Below are positions 53,001 through 64,000 of a DNA stretch of 64,000 bases, piece after piece (within the stretch, counting starts at the first letter, position 1; the number at the start of each line of letters is the position of its first letter). A model generated the notes under the pieces. It was given only the letters and a program-made list of their open reading frames with translations, was not told the DNA's origin and ran no database searches. Origin of the DNA: Tubiluchus corallicola (Eukaryota > Animalia > Priapulida). The stretch spans positions 1 to 64,000 of the forward strand of contig JAQGDQ010000295.1 in the NCBI GenBank assembly GCA_030141605.1, given 5' to 3'. A program made the translations under genes and the position numbers.

Positions 53001-56000
53001 TAGCAAAAAGTTTGAAGTTACAATTTGCAATGTTTTATAAGAAAAACTATACAGAGCAATTATTGCAAAATAAATCAACCACATTGACAAACTGCAAAGA
53101 ATTGCAAAATAAATCAAACAATTCTGACAAACTATACGCAGCTCACCAGCACAAAGCTTTTAGCATCCACATAAAATTCCCATCCAAACAACAATCGACG
53201 CTACTCAGTCCTCAATGCCCGCTTAGCTATCCCACAATGCAGTACAGATCAGATTAAATGCCTATTCAGCGATAATTTAATCAAGCTCAGACTACCATTT
53301 ATCCCACACGCTGCTATTTTATGAGCGCTCATAGAAACTCGACACTTTTTATTGTCCTAATTCTAAACTTAAGCCAATATTTTGCCATCTTACTGACAGT
53401 ATAGTAGCTCTAAATCTTCGTTCCGGGAAAGAATGCTTTGAAAACGTGACATTTTCACGGCATTGTGCCATGAATTATGATTTAATCTAGGTCTCCATTG
53501 TGCCGGGATAGTTCCGGAATCGCAGAGTGTAACTAATTATTAATTAGAAAACCTGCAAGCTAATTAATTGAAATAATGGACGCTGCATCCGGCGGTGCAA
53601 AGAACCGCAGGAAGTTAATTAAAGCAAGATATGCACGCATGAAAGAACTGGCGACAGATTAATTTTCTATGATGTTCGAGAAATGACACTCAATACAAAG
53701 ACATAGATTAATGAGATAAAACACTTTCACAATCACTAGGCTTCTTTACATTAACACGTTCTGATTTTGCTGCTGCTATTGTCATGGTTACGTCTTGGGC
53801 ATTATTGTCATTGGAAACATCACTATTGTTGTTGCAGCTGCTGTTGTTGTCATTGTTGTTGTTGCTGTTGCTGCTGTTATTTTTGCTATTTCGTTTGTCA
53901 CGCTTACTATCAGATTCAAAATAATTGGTCACTGGTATCATCGATGTTGCTGTATCACTAATCGTTATTGCCCTTACCAATTAATGTAAAGGTTCTTAAT
54001 GCAGGCATTATTGTTGTCTAGTGCTGATTAACACCAAGGGCAGACCTGAGTTGAAAAAAATGAAGGGGCGGTCATCAGTCTAAAAACTGCTTAACTAGAA
54101 GGTCTGGAGACCACTGCATGCGTGGGGTTGTTGGGGTTGATCCTAAAAATTTCACAGCATTTGAAGACATATTTGAAGCATCCAATGCACCATAAGACAG
54201 TTTTTTATGTTCTAAAATAATTTATCTTGGTTGAAACAAATGAGTGTTTACGGTGTTTTTATATGCCCTAAATAATTATTTAAAAGCTGACTTAGTCAAC
54301 TTTTAATTACAAATAATGTTCAAAAAGAATTTCAGGCTCTAAAATTAAGATGTTTTGAAAAAAATGTTATTAAAATGTACGTTTTTAGTAATTTTTTGAC
54401 AGAATCAGATAAGCGAAGATGTGTGTCTGCCATCCGCCCCACTCAAATCTGCCATAGCCACAGGTGTTTACTGGCAATTACTAATATGGTTGCACAATCT
54501 TATAATTATTCTGACTGTGGTTATTCACTAAGTTGAGTAAGGGCCATTTCACAGTGAGGCGGCAAGGAAAATTAAGCAAGGAATTGCTGTCAGAAAATGT
54601 TTAGAAAATTTCCAATTTTTTCTCAAAATCCAATGCAGCAAGAAAGTTCATTTCACAGCGAAACCGTGCTGTTTTTTCCGCGCGTCCAGTTAGCTACAGC
54701 TACTTTGCTAGGTTTGTACTGTATAACCATGTCTAAATTCAGTTATACTTGCGATATTTCTCATATACAAAGTACAATTAATAATGTTAGTCAATGTAAT
54801 GTCAGACCTGTTTGTTTTTTTAGTAAAGTTTTACTAAGTATTTCAAAATCTGAAAATACACGTATATAAAATAAATATATGCGTGCATTCTTTTTCTTTT
54901 TCACGAATATAGCCATCATGATGCATTAATAAAATATGAAATTATCTGTCTGTTAAAAGAGAGATTAAATCTTAGAATTCTAGGCTGAAATGTGTTAATT
55001 GTTGTTTGTTAAATAAGAAAGAAGTAATTGAGTGTTAAATTTAAGACTGAATTCCATGAAGATTTCTCACGGAAATGGAACATGCAGTATTTCTACAATT
55101 CCTCATGAGGAGGAATAGCTTCTAGCTAGCGACAGAATTCTTCATGAGGAATTTTGCTGCACATCTTCGCTGTGAAGTGTTTCCAGTGTTTGTGCGGCTG
55201 TTACTGCGACAGGTTGGCAATGGTGCTATTTTCGATTTTCGGTTGCAATGATTACCTTGCTGTTTTATGATCAGGTATTATGAATTTATCTTTCATAACT
55301 CTTTGCTAATCACTCTAATACAAACATGTTACTCACCTTATCCTTTAATAAATGTCAAGCTTCGCCATCCATCATAATTTACTAATCTTACATTAAACAC
55401 CTTTGAGTAATATCAAGCACAAAACCAATCAATAAGAGAGAACCAGGTAAATTCCTGCTTGTACACTTCACTGGTAAAATCAAATCATAGTTATTGGCAG
55501 AGATACAATATGATACATTACCATCTTTGCCGCTGATACACTTCACTCGATCTCGTATCTCCACGTTGTAGTTTTCGAATGACATGAAAACTCCGTGCGG
55601 ATTGTAGACGCCGTTCATCTTAGCCACTTTGCTATAACTGTGCTGCCACTCAAAGCGCTGAAAACCATCGTAAGTTGCCACTTTACCATCAATCTGCAAC
55701 ACACGAACAAAATTAATGCGCAACTGATAGACCCACATAAATAAGATACAAGGAATGACTTTCTCAAATTTTACTACATAATATATCCCGTACGAACACT
55801 GAAATAAAAAAAGCCCTATTACTCTTGCATTGTGGATCTCCCTAACCACACGTATATAGTGTTCCCTCGCTACTTCGCGGTTCGTTTATCGCGGACTCGC
55901 TGTTTTGCAGGTTTTCAAAAATATTAATGTAAAATATTTATCGCGGTATTTTCGCTGTTTCGCGGTACTCTGTCTAAAGTATTTTTGCACATGCGCAGTA

Positions 56001-58811
56001 CGTATTGTACAGTAATGTATAGATTCGATGAATTTTGCATAAAAAATCACAAAATGCATAAAAATATATTATAAATATTAATTCTAACATTAAAAGAATA
56101 TTATAAATCATAAAAAATCATCATTTACAGTAAATAGTGTATTTATTCGGCAGATGAATACACACCAAAAACGAAATGTAGTACTTGCACCCGCTTGAGA
56201 TGCTACTTGCCTTAGGACGTACCTTCAATGGTGAGTACCCATATCAAATTTTTAAAATTACGTATCTAGGTTTAAGAGTTTAAAACATTTTTATTAACAT
56301 TTAAGTAAAGTTTTTTAAAAGGTAGATGTACAGTATGGGAAAGTTATTAAGAGAATGGGAAAGGGTTATGTATAAGAGTGTGGGGAGGGTTTATAAAGAC
56401 TTAAAATAATGTATAACTACTAAAATAAGTATAGCGTCCCTACTTCGCAGAAATTCACTTATCGCGGGTGGGCCTGGAACGGAACACCCGCGATAAGTGA
56501 GGGAACACTGTATTTCAATATTTAAATCCACTATATTTTTAATGTGAAAGAACTTCAAATCATGCATGACTGTGCAAATGGTTAATTAATTTGATTAGAA
56601 TCTGATCAATGAATGAACCCTTAGAGACAGAAAATTTCATCAGTTGATAGCACAGCAGATTTATATGAAATTTAATGAATGGTGGCAACTATGAATGTAT
56701 AAAAAGACCACCTCCAACGAGCAAGCTGTTTCGATTTAAATTCTCCGGTTGGAAAAATTAATTTAATTTAACTGGAAGAACTTGAGAACTGATGTAATAC
56801 CTTCTTATTGAGTTAAAAATATACAAACAATGATAGATTATGACAGGCAGCCTTCCACAATCATTAAATGATATTTCAAACTGTTTTTATGTAAGCAAAG
56901 CCCAGACCACTACCAAAATAATGCGGGCAAGATGATACCCTTTGTATGTTTATATAATTAACATATGTGTCACACCAAATTGAAACAATAAATGAGCATT
57001 CTCTGTCAAACAGGTTTAAAAGTTACCTCAAAATACTTTTGAATGAAGCTGAATGGCACATAAACTTCATTGCCTTCTCTTCTGCAAGATATGGAAAATT
57101 CATCGTTAATCAAACACTCGATGTCGCTGTATGAATCTGGACTATGCTGCTCATCCACATGAATTTTGTTGGAGTTTAGCTCTTGTGGATAGATGGCAGC
57201 AGCTCCGGCATTGTTTGGCTGTTGAATATCGGCTCTGCCAGCCCCTGCAAGACGGGCTGAATTAAGCTGAGGGTCACCTAGAAAATACAAAAAATTTTAA
57301 GTTAATAATAATGTTATTTACAACCAGTTTTTATCGCTGAAATGGCTTTCTCTTCAAAAGTTACTGTTGTACCTACTATTGTTGTTCACTGGGTTAATTT
57401 TGACAAATATGTTCTAAAGAAACTTGGGATGTCATGCAACAATGGTATAAGGAAACTTTTTAAACTTAAGTATGATTGCAGCGCATCTTAGATATCTCTT
57501 CCACATTTTACGCATATAAGACGCAAGTGTTATTATAATCTGTTTACCAGTTGTGCAATCTGGTAATGCTCTGATGGTAATTATTGCAAATGAGACTGAT
57601 GAGAGGTATACTTCAAAATGTTTTTGTTTGTGGACATCCTTTTTACTAGGTGTGGCTAGCTTTTAATACTTTTTTGCTAGCGCGTGTTTTTAGTAGAGTT
57701 GGTATTGTGTATTTCTATGTGCGTAGTAATTCATCTTTTTTAGAGTCTTATATGCAGGGCTGTATTACGTATCTTATAGGCTAGTATAGGCTGCAGCCTA
57801 GGGCTTCTCAATCTTGGATGCCCAAGCTTTGGTAACATTTGATAAAAAATCTGTTTTTTCACTACACAATTGCGTTGAAACATGTGCTAATTTGATTTCT
57901 AATAAATAGTAAAATAGTGTATTTCTTAAAAAATATCATTATTGGCAACAAGACATATGTGTTCTAGTTTATTTAAAGATAACTTTAGGTCAAGCTATGC
58001 AAATATCGCCAAAATATATCACAAGTGAAAAATATTCAAGACAAATAACCACACAGATTGCGAGTGAGTTAAGGGGTGGCCTCATGATTTCATTAGTCTA
58101 GGCCTAGGGGTCCCAAAAGGTCCCATTCGGCCCTGCTTATATGGCAATTTTAAAGCTGAAATAAAAGGTGAAATAAATTGAGTTTAACTGACCCTTACCT
58201 TTGAAAAACATTGTGTTATACAGCATGAATTAGAAAGTGCCTATTTGAGCAAGGGTAATAAGGTTGTCTGTTGAGTTTACAACCTCATTATAGTTGAAAA
58301 ATTTACGTTTTTGAAAAAGCACAAATTGGCTTCAGGATATTCGCATTTCTAAGCAAAGTCACAGTAAAATGAAAAAGTTGCTGCCACTTTTTAACGATTT
58401 GACTCATTCGAGTGAGAAGTTCGCTTAACGTTTTTAACTAGAGTTGAGCATGTGTCATAGCCATGAACACGTTGGTAACAAAAAGTAAATAAAAAGTTAG
58501 CAAAATTAAACTTGTCAAGACAAAAACACAAACATCGTGATGACGATAACAGAGTGAGGACCTGTTCCGAGAAAAGGTAGTAAACACTTGTATATTGATG
58601 CTGATCCCTAAACTCCAGGTACTCCACTGATGCGATATAACTTTTCATCACTTCTGATATTTGCAGAAATTGGAATAAACCAGCACCCCTATTCCTGAGA
58701 AAGAAAAAATAGGTATGTAAAATACTTACTGCACTTGCCCCACCAGGTGACGGTCGTAAAGAATGCTAGGATCGTTATGACAGCCAGCAAGATTTTGAGG
58801 TTAAACCTCAT
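48965..58811 (-). CDS. GLCE: D-glucuronyl C5-epimerase (heparan sulfate), complete 5-exon CDS, 1809 nt / 602 aa
   Basis: N-terminal signal anchor, then [107 protein letters not shown], ending RAKHN*. Intron phases 1/0/1/1 are consistent. Confidence 0.97.
51610..51852 (-). CDS. GLCE: GLCE coding exon 4 (GVPISTQW...FEFQSS)
   Basis: tgccag|GT GTC...TCG G|gtgagt, 243 nt. Confidence 0.95.
53765..53970. repeat. Degenerate (TTG/CTG)n tract
   Basis: Directly visible. Confidence 0.85.
55522..55693 (-). CDS. GLCE: GLCE coding exon 3 (IDGKV...VKCISGKD)
   Basis: ttgcag|ATT...GAT G|gtaatg, 172 nt. Confidence 0.95.
55857..56510. mobile_element. pogo/Tigger-like (Tc1/mariner superfamily) MITE in a GLCE intron
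   Basis: TIRs (t)AGTGTTCCCTCGCT / AGTGAGGGAACACTG flanked by TA; subterminal TCGCGG repeats and a perfect 15-bp hairpin near the right end. Confidence 0.82.
57027..57277 (-). CDS. GLCE: GLCE coding exon 2 (stem, [32 protein letters not shown])
   Basis: ttctag|GT GAC...GAG|gtaact, 251 nt. Confidence 0.93.
57755..58135. mobile_element. Non-autonomous hAT-type MITE, 381 bp, in a GLCE intron
   Basis: Termini CAGGGC...GCCCTG with a perfect 8-bp target-site duplication CTTATATG (57747-54 and 58136-43); a homologous copy lies at about 8755-9132. Confidence 0.88.
58730..58811 (-). CDS. GLCE: GLCE first coding exon, type II signal anchor [27 protein letters not shown]
   Basis: Minus strand: ttacag acceptor (exon starts 58824, implying an upstream UTR exon), ATG at 58811, TGC A|gtaagt donor; not in the ORF track. 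Confidence 0.88.
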
Positions 58812-59419
58812 CGCTCTACACAGTCTGTAAAGAAAAATGCACGAGTAAAAACAAGAAAAACATTTTAAAAAATATTTTAATGTACTTGATTACCAGCAAA
58901 ATTTTGCGTTCTTCATTAATACAATAAATGTTAAGATGTAGTAACAACACACTACTGCAAAATGTTAAAATTTGTTTCCCGGTAGCAGCATACACTACTT
59001 AGTCAATAAGCAATTTAATCGCATGTCCCAAGGATGTTGCTATGGGAGAAGTGTAAATATGGGAACTGCTAAATAAAAACCAGCTTAAAAGTACACAAAA
59101 TGAATGAAATGTAAACAAAGTTTTAATGTATGAACAATGTTGTACAGTTTAGTTATGTGAATACATTCATAGCAAAACAAACCAAATGCATTTCCTACTT
59201 CTAGTTTGATACGATTTTCTATAACACCTTAAAAAGCCCCATCCCAAAAAATACAAATACCAAAATTTTTTCTAGCAAACATACAGCAGTCGTAAGCAGT
59301 CGAATATGTGTGGTTATAATAGTAATAGCATTAATCTGGACGTTTAGGACATAGTCCAGAAGCAACACCTTAAGTATTTCAATACTTATTTCCAAGGTGG
59401 TCTCGATTATTATTACCAG

Positions 59420-59560
59420 CATGTTACTTCGATAAACTTGCGTGCTTGGTCAAAAAATCAGCGGTAAGATTTTTCAAGTATTTGGTGTGACTAGGTCGGG
59501 AGCTGAACCCGCTACCAAGGTGGGAAACAAGCACGCTATCATTGAGGTACGTCATCCGGT
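59420..59560 (-). mobile_element. tRNA-derived SINE head remnant
   Basis: Minus strand: degenerate B box gggttcagctccc followed by agtcacaccaaatacttgaaaaat...aagcacgca, resembling widespread invertebrate SINE bodies (from memory). Confidence 0.4.
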
Positions 59561-62500
59561 TGTTATTTTTCCACCGAATGACAGTAGTAAGTTTATAATA
59601 GTTATAGTAACATCATAATTTATGCACAACAAACGTTACAAAAGCAAAAATGAAACTGGCACTCTGCCAAGCTTAATACAAGGACTGGATTTCATTTCTT
59701 TTGTAATTCTGCATTTCATAAATAGTATAGTTAAAAGAGGGCAGTTCCACCTGTTGAGCAAAATGTGAGATATCACAAAAAATGCCATTTTAACATCTGA
59801 CAAGCACATGGTTTACAAACAGTGGCGCACCGCTGAGACAGTTAACATTCTTGCGGGCAAGAAGTAAAAACAACCGGGATAAGATTTCCGGGAAAATTCC
59901 TGCGTACTACCCACTTATTCAACTCTTGCTTTTTGAATGGACGTAAAGGGTTAAGATAATGTTTGTACAAAGAGAATTTGTTCATGAGTAAATCCTATTT
60001 TGTGCAATTCAGTTGTAATTGATATTGGGTTAGTATTGTGCACAACTGGGACAAGTACCCATACAAAGCTTATAAATTATTGAGTGTTAACGTTAATAAT
60101 TCACAGCTGATAATACAATGAACAGTGCACGCGTCTTTGCATGAATGATCGCTGTATACCACCAGAGATAGTACGTATTGGAAGTCTAAACGACCAGCAA
60201 AAGAGAGGCCTGTTTATAAATATAAACGACAGCGGCAAAATTTTGGACACGCGAATTTGATAAATGAATCAAAAACAACAGAGATGGCAATGCAGTTTGA
60301 AGGCAAGTGCCCGAGTTGCCATGTAAACCATAGCAAGCATTGACTGAAAGTGCATATACTCCACTGAAATTATTAATACGCCTACAGGAGCTTTTTGCTT
60401 TAAAAATGTACTGCCGAGCACAGATGTGCATGCACACGTGCACACATTCACACAAAAGTGCACACATATAATCAGACAATTACGAGACTCGGTTACAGGG
60501 AGTAAATTTTCACGAACTCTTGAAACTCGTTATAAACAAATTATACTGCATTACCTTCTTGTAACGAAAGATTGGTATTTTGACTAATTGCTAAAAATGT
60601 GACACTTCTAAGTTGCAAAATGAAATTTTCAGAATTTTTATGGCAATATATTGGAGATAAAAATCAAAAGCCAGTAGCTGTTTATAAACTCAAAACTGCT
60701 AAAGAAAAAATATCACGTCTGAATGAATGAGCAAAAATAACGGCATGAAATCATAATAACTGCCACATTAAAATTTAATGGCACCACCCGTCTAACAGAC
60801 ACACACACCAAAACTTACAGCTAATTTAGACGATAATATTTCACAAGTAGCTTCTTCCCCAAGGAATACTATACATGAATGTTTTAGCAACTCATTCTAC
60901 GAAGTGCAAGGTTTATGTCTACTAAAAACATGACCAATAATGTACGTACCACAGATAATAGAAAAAAGGTTTATAGTACTAATATAAACTACAGGTTCTC
61001 GGTATTTTTTATTCCTGTTAGAATTCGTTGCGATGTCTGCGCAGAAAAGGCTCGAATAAAATCATGCATTTAGTGGCGCCTTTTGTCACATTTATTAATT
61101 ATTGTCCAAATTTGCTAAGATATCGCAATGACATTGCATATAGTTCATTCAGCTTGCTACGCTTCCTGATTTACAATCTACAGCAATAAAACACCGGCCT
61201 GCGTGTCTGTCTGTCAATCTGCGCTGTTAAGATACGGTAAAACAAATTCAGAGTTAGCTATGACATTAAGTAGACAACCATAGATGATCATCATCGTCTA
61301 TTCACTAACAGCTTCTCTTCATATTATGTGGGCGAACGAGTTATTTCAGTAACTGTTAATGGTTAACAGCCCCCGCCGTTGCCGCCTTGAAGCACTTGCA
61401 GCTGAAACCCATCACTCCTCGTAGGCGCAATGTTGTAAATTTCTTCCTAACACGGGCTGGCTTCTTAAATTGGCGTAACGAGTTAAAGATGTGAAGATGC
61501 CTCGGATAAAATAAACGCCAGCGGTTTTTATTTGTTATCAAACCAGGGATTAGTTTACGCTTTTTTCACCGGCTAAAATCATCAGCCATTTATTATCTTT
61601 AGCGCGATTTGGCACCACTAGAGTTGTTAGTGTGTTTTATGAGGTGTAATGTTTCCTGTGAATTATGAATACTCCCTTAATGTAGCTTTTCAATTGGTAT
61701 ATAATAAAATAAAGTTGTAATCAACATGTTTAAATTAAAGTTTAACATAAAGTGGCATTCTAAGTACCTGCTGTCTTTTCCCTTTTCTCTAATTTCTCCA
61801 TCTTTACTCTATTACTTTATCTCTGTTTTCCTATAACTCTTTCTTTTGTTAATTAAGCAATTTTTTCCCACTTTTCATGGTGATTTCACAAGGTTTGCTT
61901 CTCGACCACCATGCAGCGTGCATTTCCGGTGGATAAACTATTACGTAATTTAGTAACTACACTAATATAGTTCTGTTACAATTATTGTAATTCTCGTTGT
62001 ACTTCTTTCCCTAACTATACCACATAATAGTACATTAATGTAGTTTGCTACAGTTATTGTAATAATATTTGATTTTTCCGAGTTACAGTGCATAATAGTT
62101 CAGAGATAGTAACGCAAATTGTAAAGTAAAATTATATGCTGAAGGGGATAATAAATTACAAATTGCTGCTGAACCTTGCATAATTCATTGTAACGTAAAT
62201 TTGAAACAATCGATTTTCTTGGCTTGGCTAAACTATAAAATACTGAAATGTTGACAAAAAAGAGTAAGGCTGAACAATATAGTCAAACATTAGTTTGTTT
62301 TGATCACAAGACAGAATCTATGATGCAAAAACTAAATTAAGAATTTATAATTTATAATCAGAATAATTTGGCAGCAGATATAACGAAAAGTTTTTGCCTG
62401 AACAGGATATAAATCTCATATCAGGTTTAAATCATGTTTCGCAATAAATTAATTTTCACACAGTATTTCACAGAACTGCCAAGACCAAAATGTAAATACG

Positions 62501-64000
62501 CGATATCAAAAAAGCTCTTATTTTGGCGCAAAAACACAATATTTTATAAATAATTGTCCAATTCGTCCAAATATACTATATAACATAGTAGACTGGTATG
62601 TTTGGACGAATTGGACAATTCCGGTTAGTAACCAGAGCAACAACTCACAGGCACCGTAGAATTTGTGTCGCATTATTTTGTATAATGATTTATAGCAGGT
62701 TGCTAAAAGGCACTATTTTGTAGCAGTTTATGAAAATACTCAATATACAATTTAACTTTAAATTTTTAAAGAATATGATGCCTATTTGCAACTACAGTAA
62801 GTTTCTTTAGTATAGTAATTTACATAGAAACAGCACCACTTCAAATACCATATTCACTGTGATATATAAAAACTCGGCAAATTTTAAGTTTAAAATTTAC
62901 AGCTGGGAGAGCGCGTGAGTTTTCGAACATGCGAACTACGTCACAATTGAACACTTCTGAACCAAGAGGTTACAGTACCTGTTTTTGTGCAACTGCGTTT
63001 CCAAGTTGCAAGTCTCCAGCCATTATCTGCTTTGAGAACAGAGCTGAATAGATGAAGTAATAACCATTTATCAATATGCTGCTTCCAGAAGCTTAGAATC
63101 TCGGGAGATGGTCGTTTCGACAACTTGTACGGCAGAGATCTCAGCACAGACCACATGTAATAACTGTAAATTATATCCTAATCCCCGAGACGTTTCTTAA
63201 ACAAGCAATAACTTTAGCTGGAGCAGAAACTTACAGAAGAAATGGTTCAGACGAAGTTCCTAAACTCTGTACATTATAAAGACCGAAAAGGAACGAAGCA
63301 AAATTCCATAAGCGAATGATCAAATTTAATTTAAGTATCAATATTTCACGACATATGAATAGTGAATTGCTATCATTGTATATCTGTGGAAGTGATGATT
63401 TTAATGTTGCTGTTAACTGTAAAAATTTTTATTCAAAATTACATTAGGAGTACTAAACGTTTTAATGTGACCACACCTTAGGATCCCTTTTATGTGCTTA
63501 TGGAAAATTTTAAGACAGTCATTGTTGTTCTTTAATTATTGTATTATTCATTGTATCACATCTGCTAACTTTGTATGTATATGTCTTTGATTGTGTATGT
63601 AAATCTATTTTAGTTTATTTGTATTAACACTACTTTTATTTTTATGCACTTCTGCTTGTACATAAATTTGATTTGCGTGGTGGGGATTCATGTATCAGTT
63701 ATAAAAAGTGTCTAATCTGAACCAAATTAAGTTTAAACTAATAAAAGTTGAAATTGAGATTGATCGTACATCACCTGGAAATTGAAATAAGTAACCAAAT
63801 CTGCAACTGCAGCACGACGATACAGACGAAATCTATTTTTATTTTTTAATAAGCCAAAACATAAGAAGCCCAATGGAAAATACGGTGACCTCGGTATCAA
63901 TAGACTGTAAATATGAACAGATGAACGGACAAACCGAAACAGACTTTTGACTAAGCATGTACTCTCACTATTATAGAGGTGTAGACAAATAGAAAGACGA

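Noticed and set aside
53708-53989. Poly-Cys, poly-Asn and poly-Val ORFs
   Set aside because: Translations of a (TTG/CTG)n tract inside a GLCE intron
58695-58729. 35-nt micro-intron after the first GLCE coding exon
   Set aside because: Very short, and the downstream frame stops after about 15 codons; the 57277 acceptor gives the conserved protein

Overview
AT-rich animal (invertebrate-like, species not identifiable) genomic DNA containing two convergent intron-containing protein-coding genes, reconstructed by hand from splice sites and reading-frame phase. (1) A plus-strand EVI5-family Rab-GAP (TBC domain plus long coiled coil) with 17 phase-consistent coding exons from 26867 to the stop at 42870. 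Its first shared exon begins in phase 2, and several upstream candidate alternative first exons end in a matching phase-2 donor. (2) A complete minus-strand heparan-sulfate D-glucuronyl C5-epimerase (GLCE/Hsepi) with 5 coding exons, 58811 to 48965, 602 aa. The rest is intron, UTR or intergenic DNA with many non-autonomous DNA transposons (hAT elements with 8-bp target-site duplications, pogo/Tigger-like and small MITEs), LINE/SINE relics, minisatellites and low-complexity tracts. Most short ORFs in the track are spurious. I see no prokaryote-type system or CRISPR array. The best leads are the EVI5 alternative N-termini, the exon-by-exon repeat structure of the EVI5 coiled coil, a pre-miRNA-sized hairpin at 62552-62620, and a two-Cys insertion in GLCE. 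Homology calls rest on recalled sequences, not database searches.
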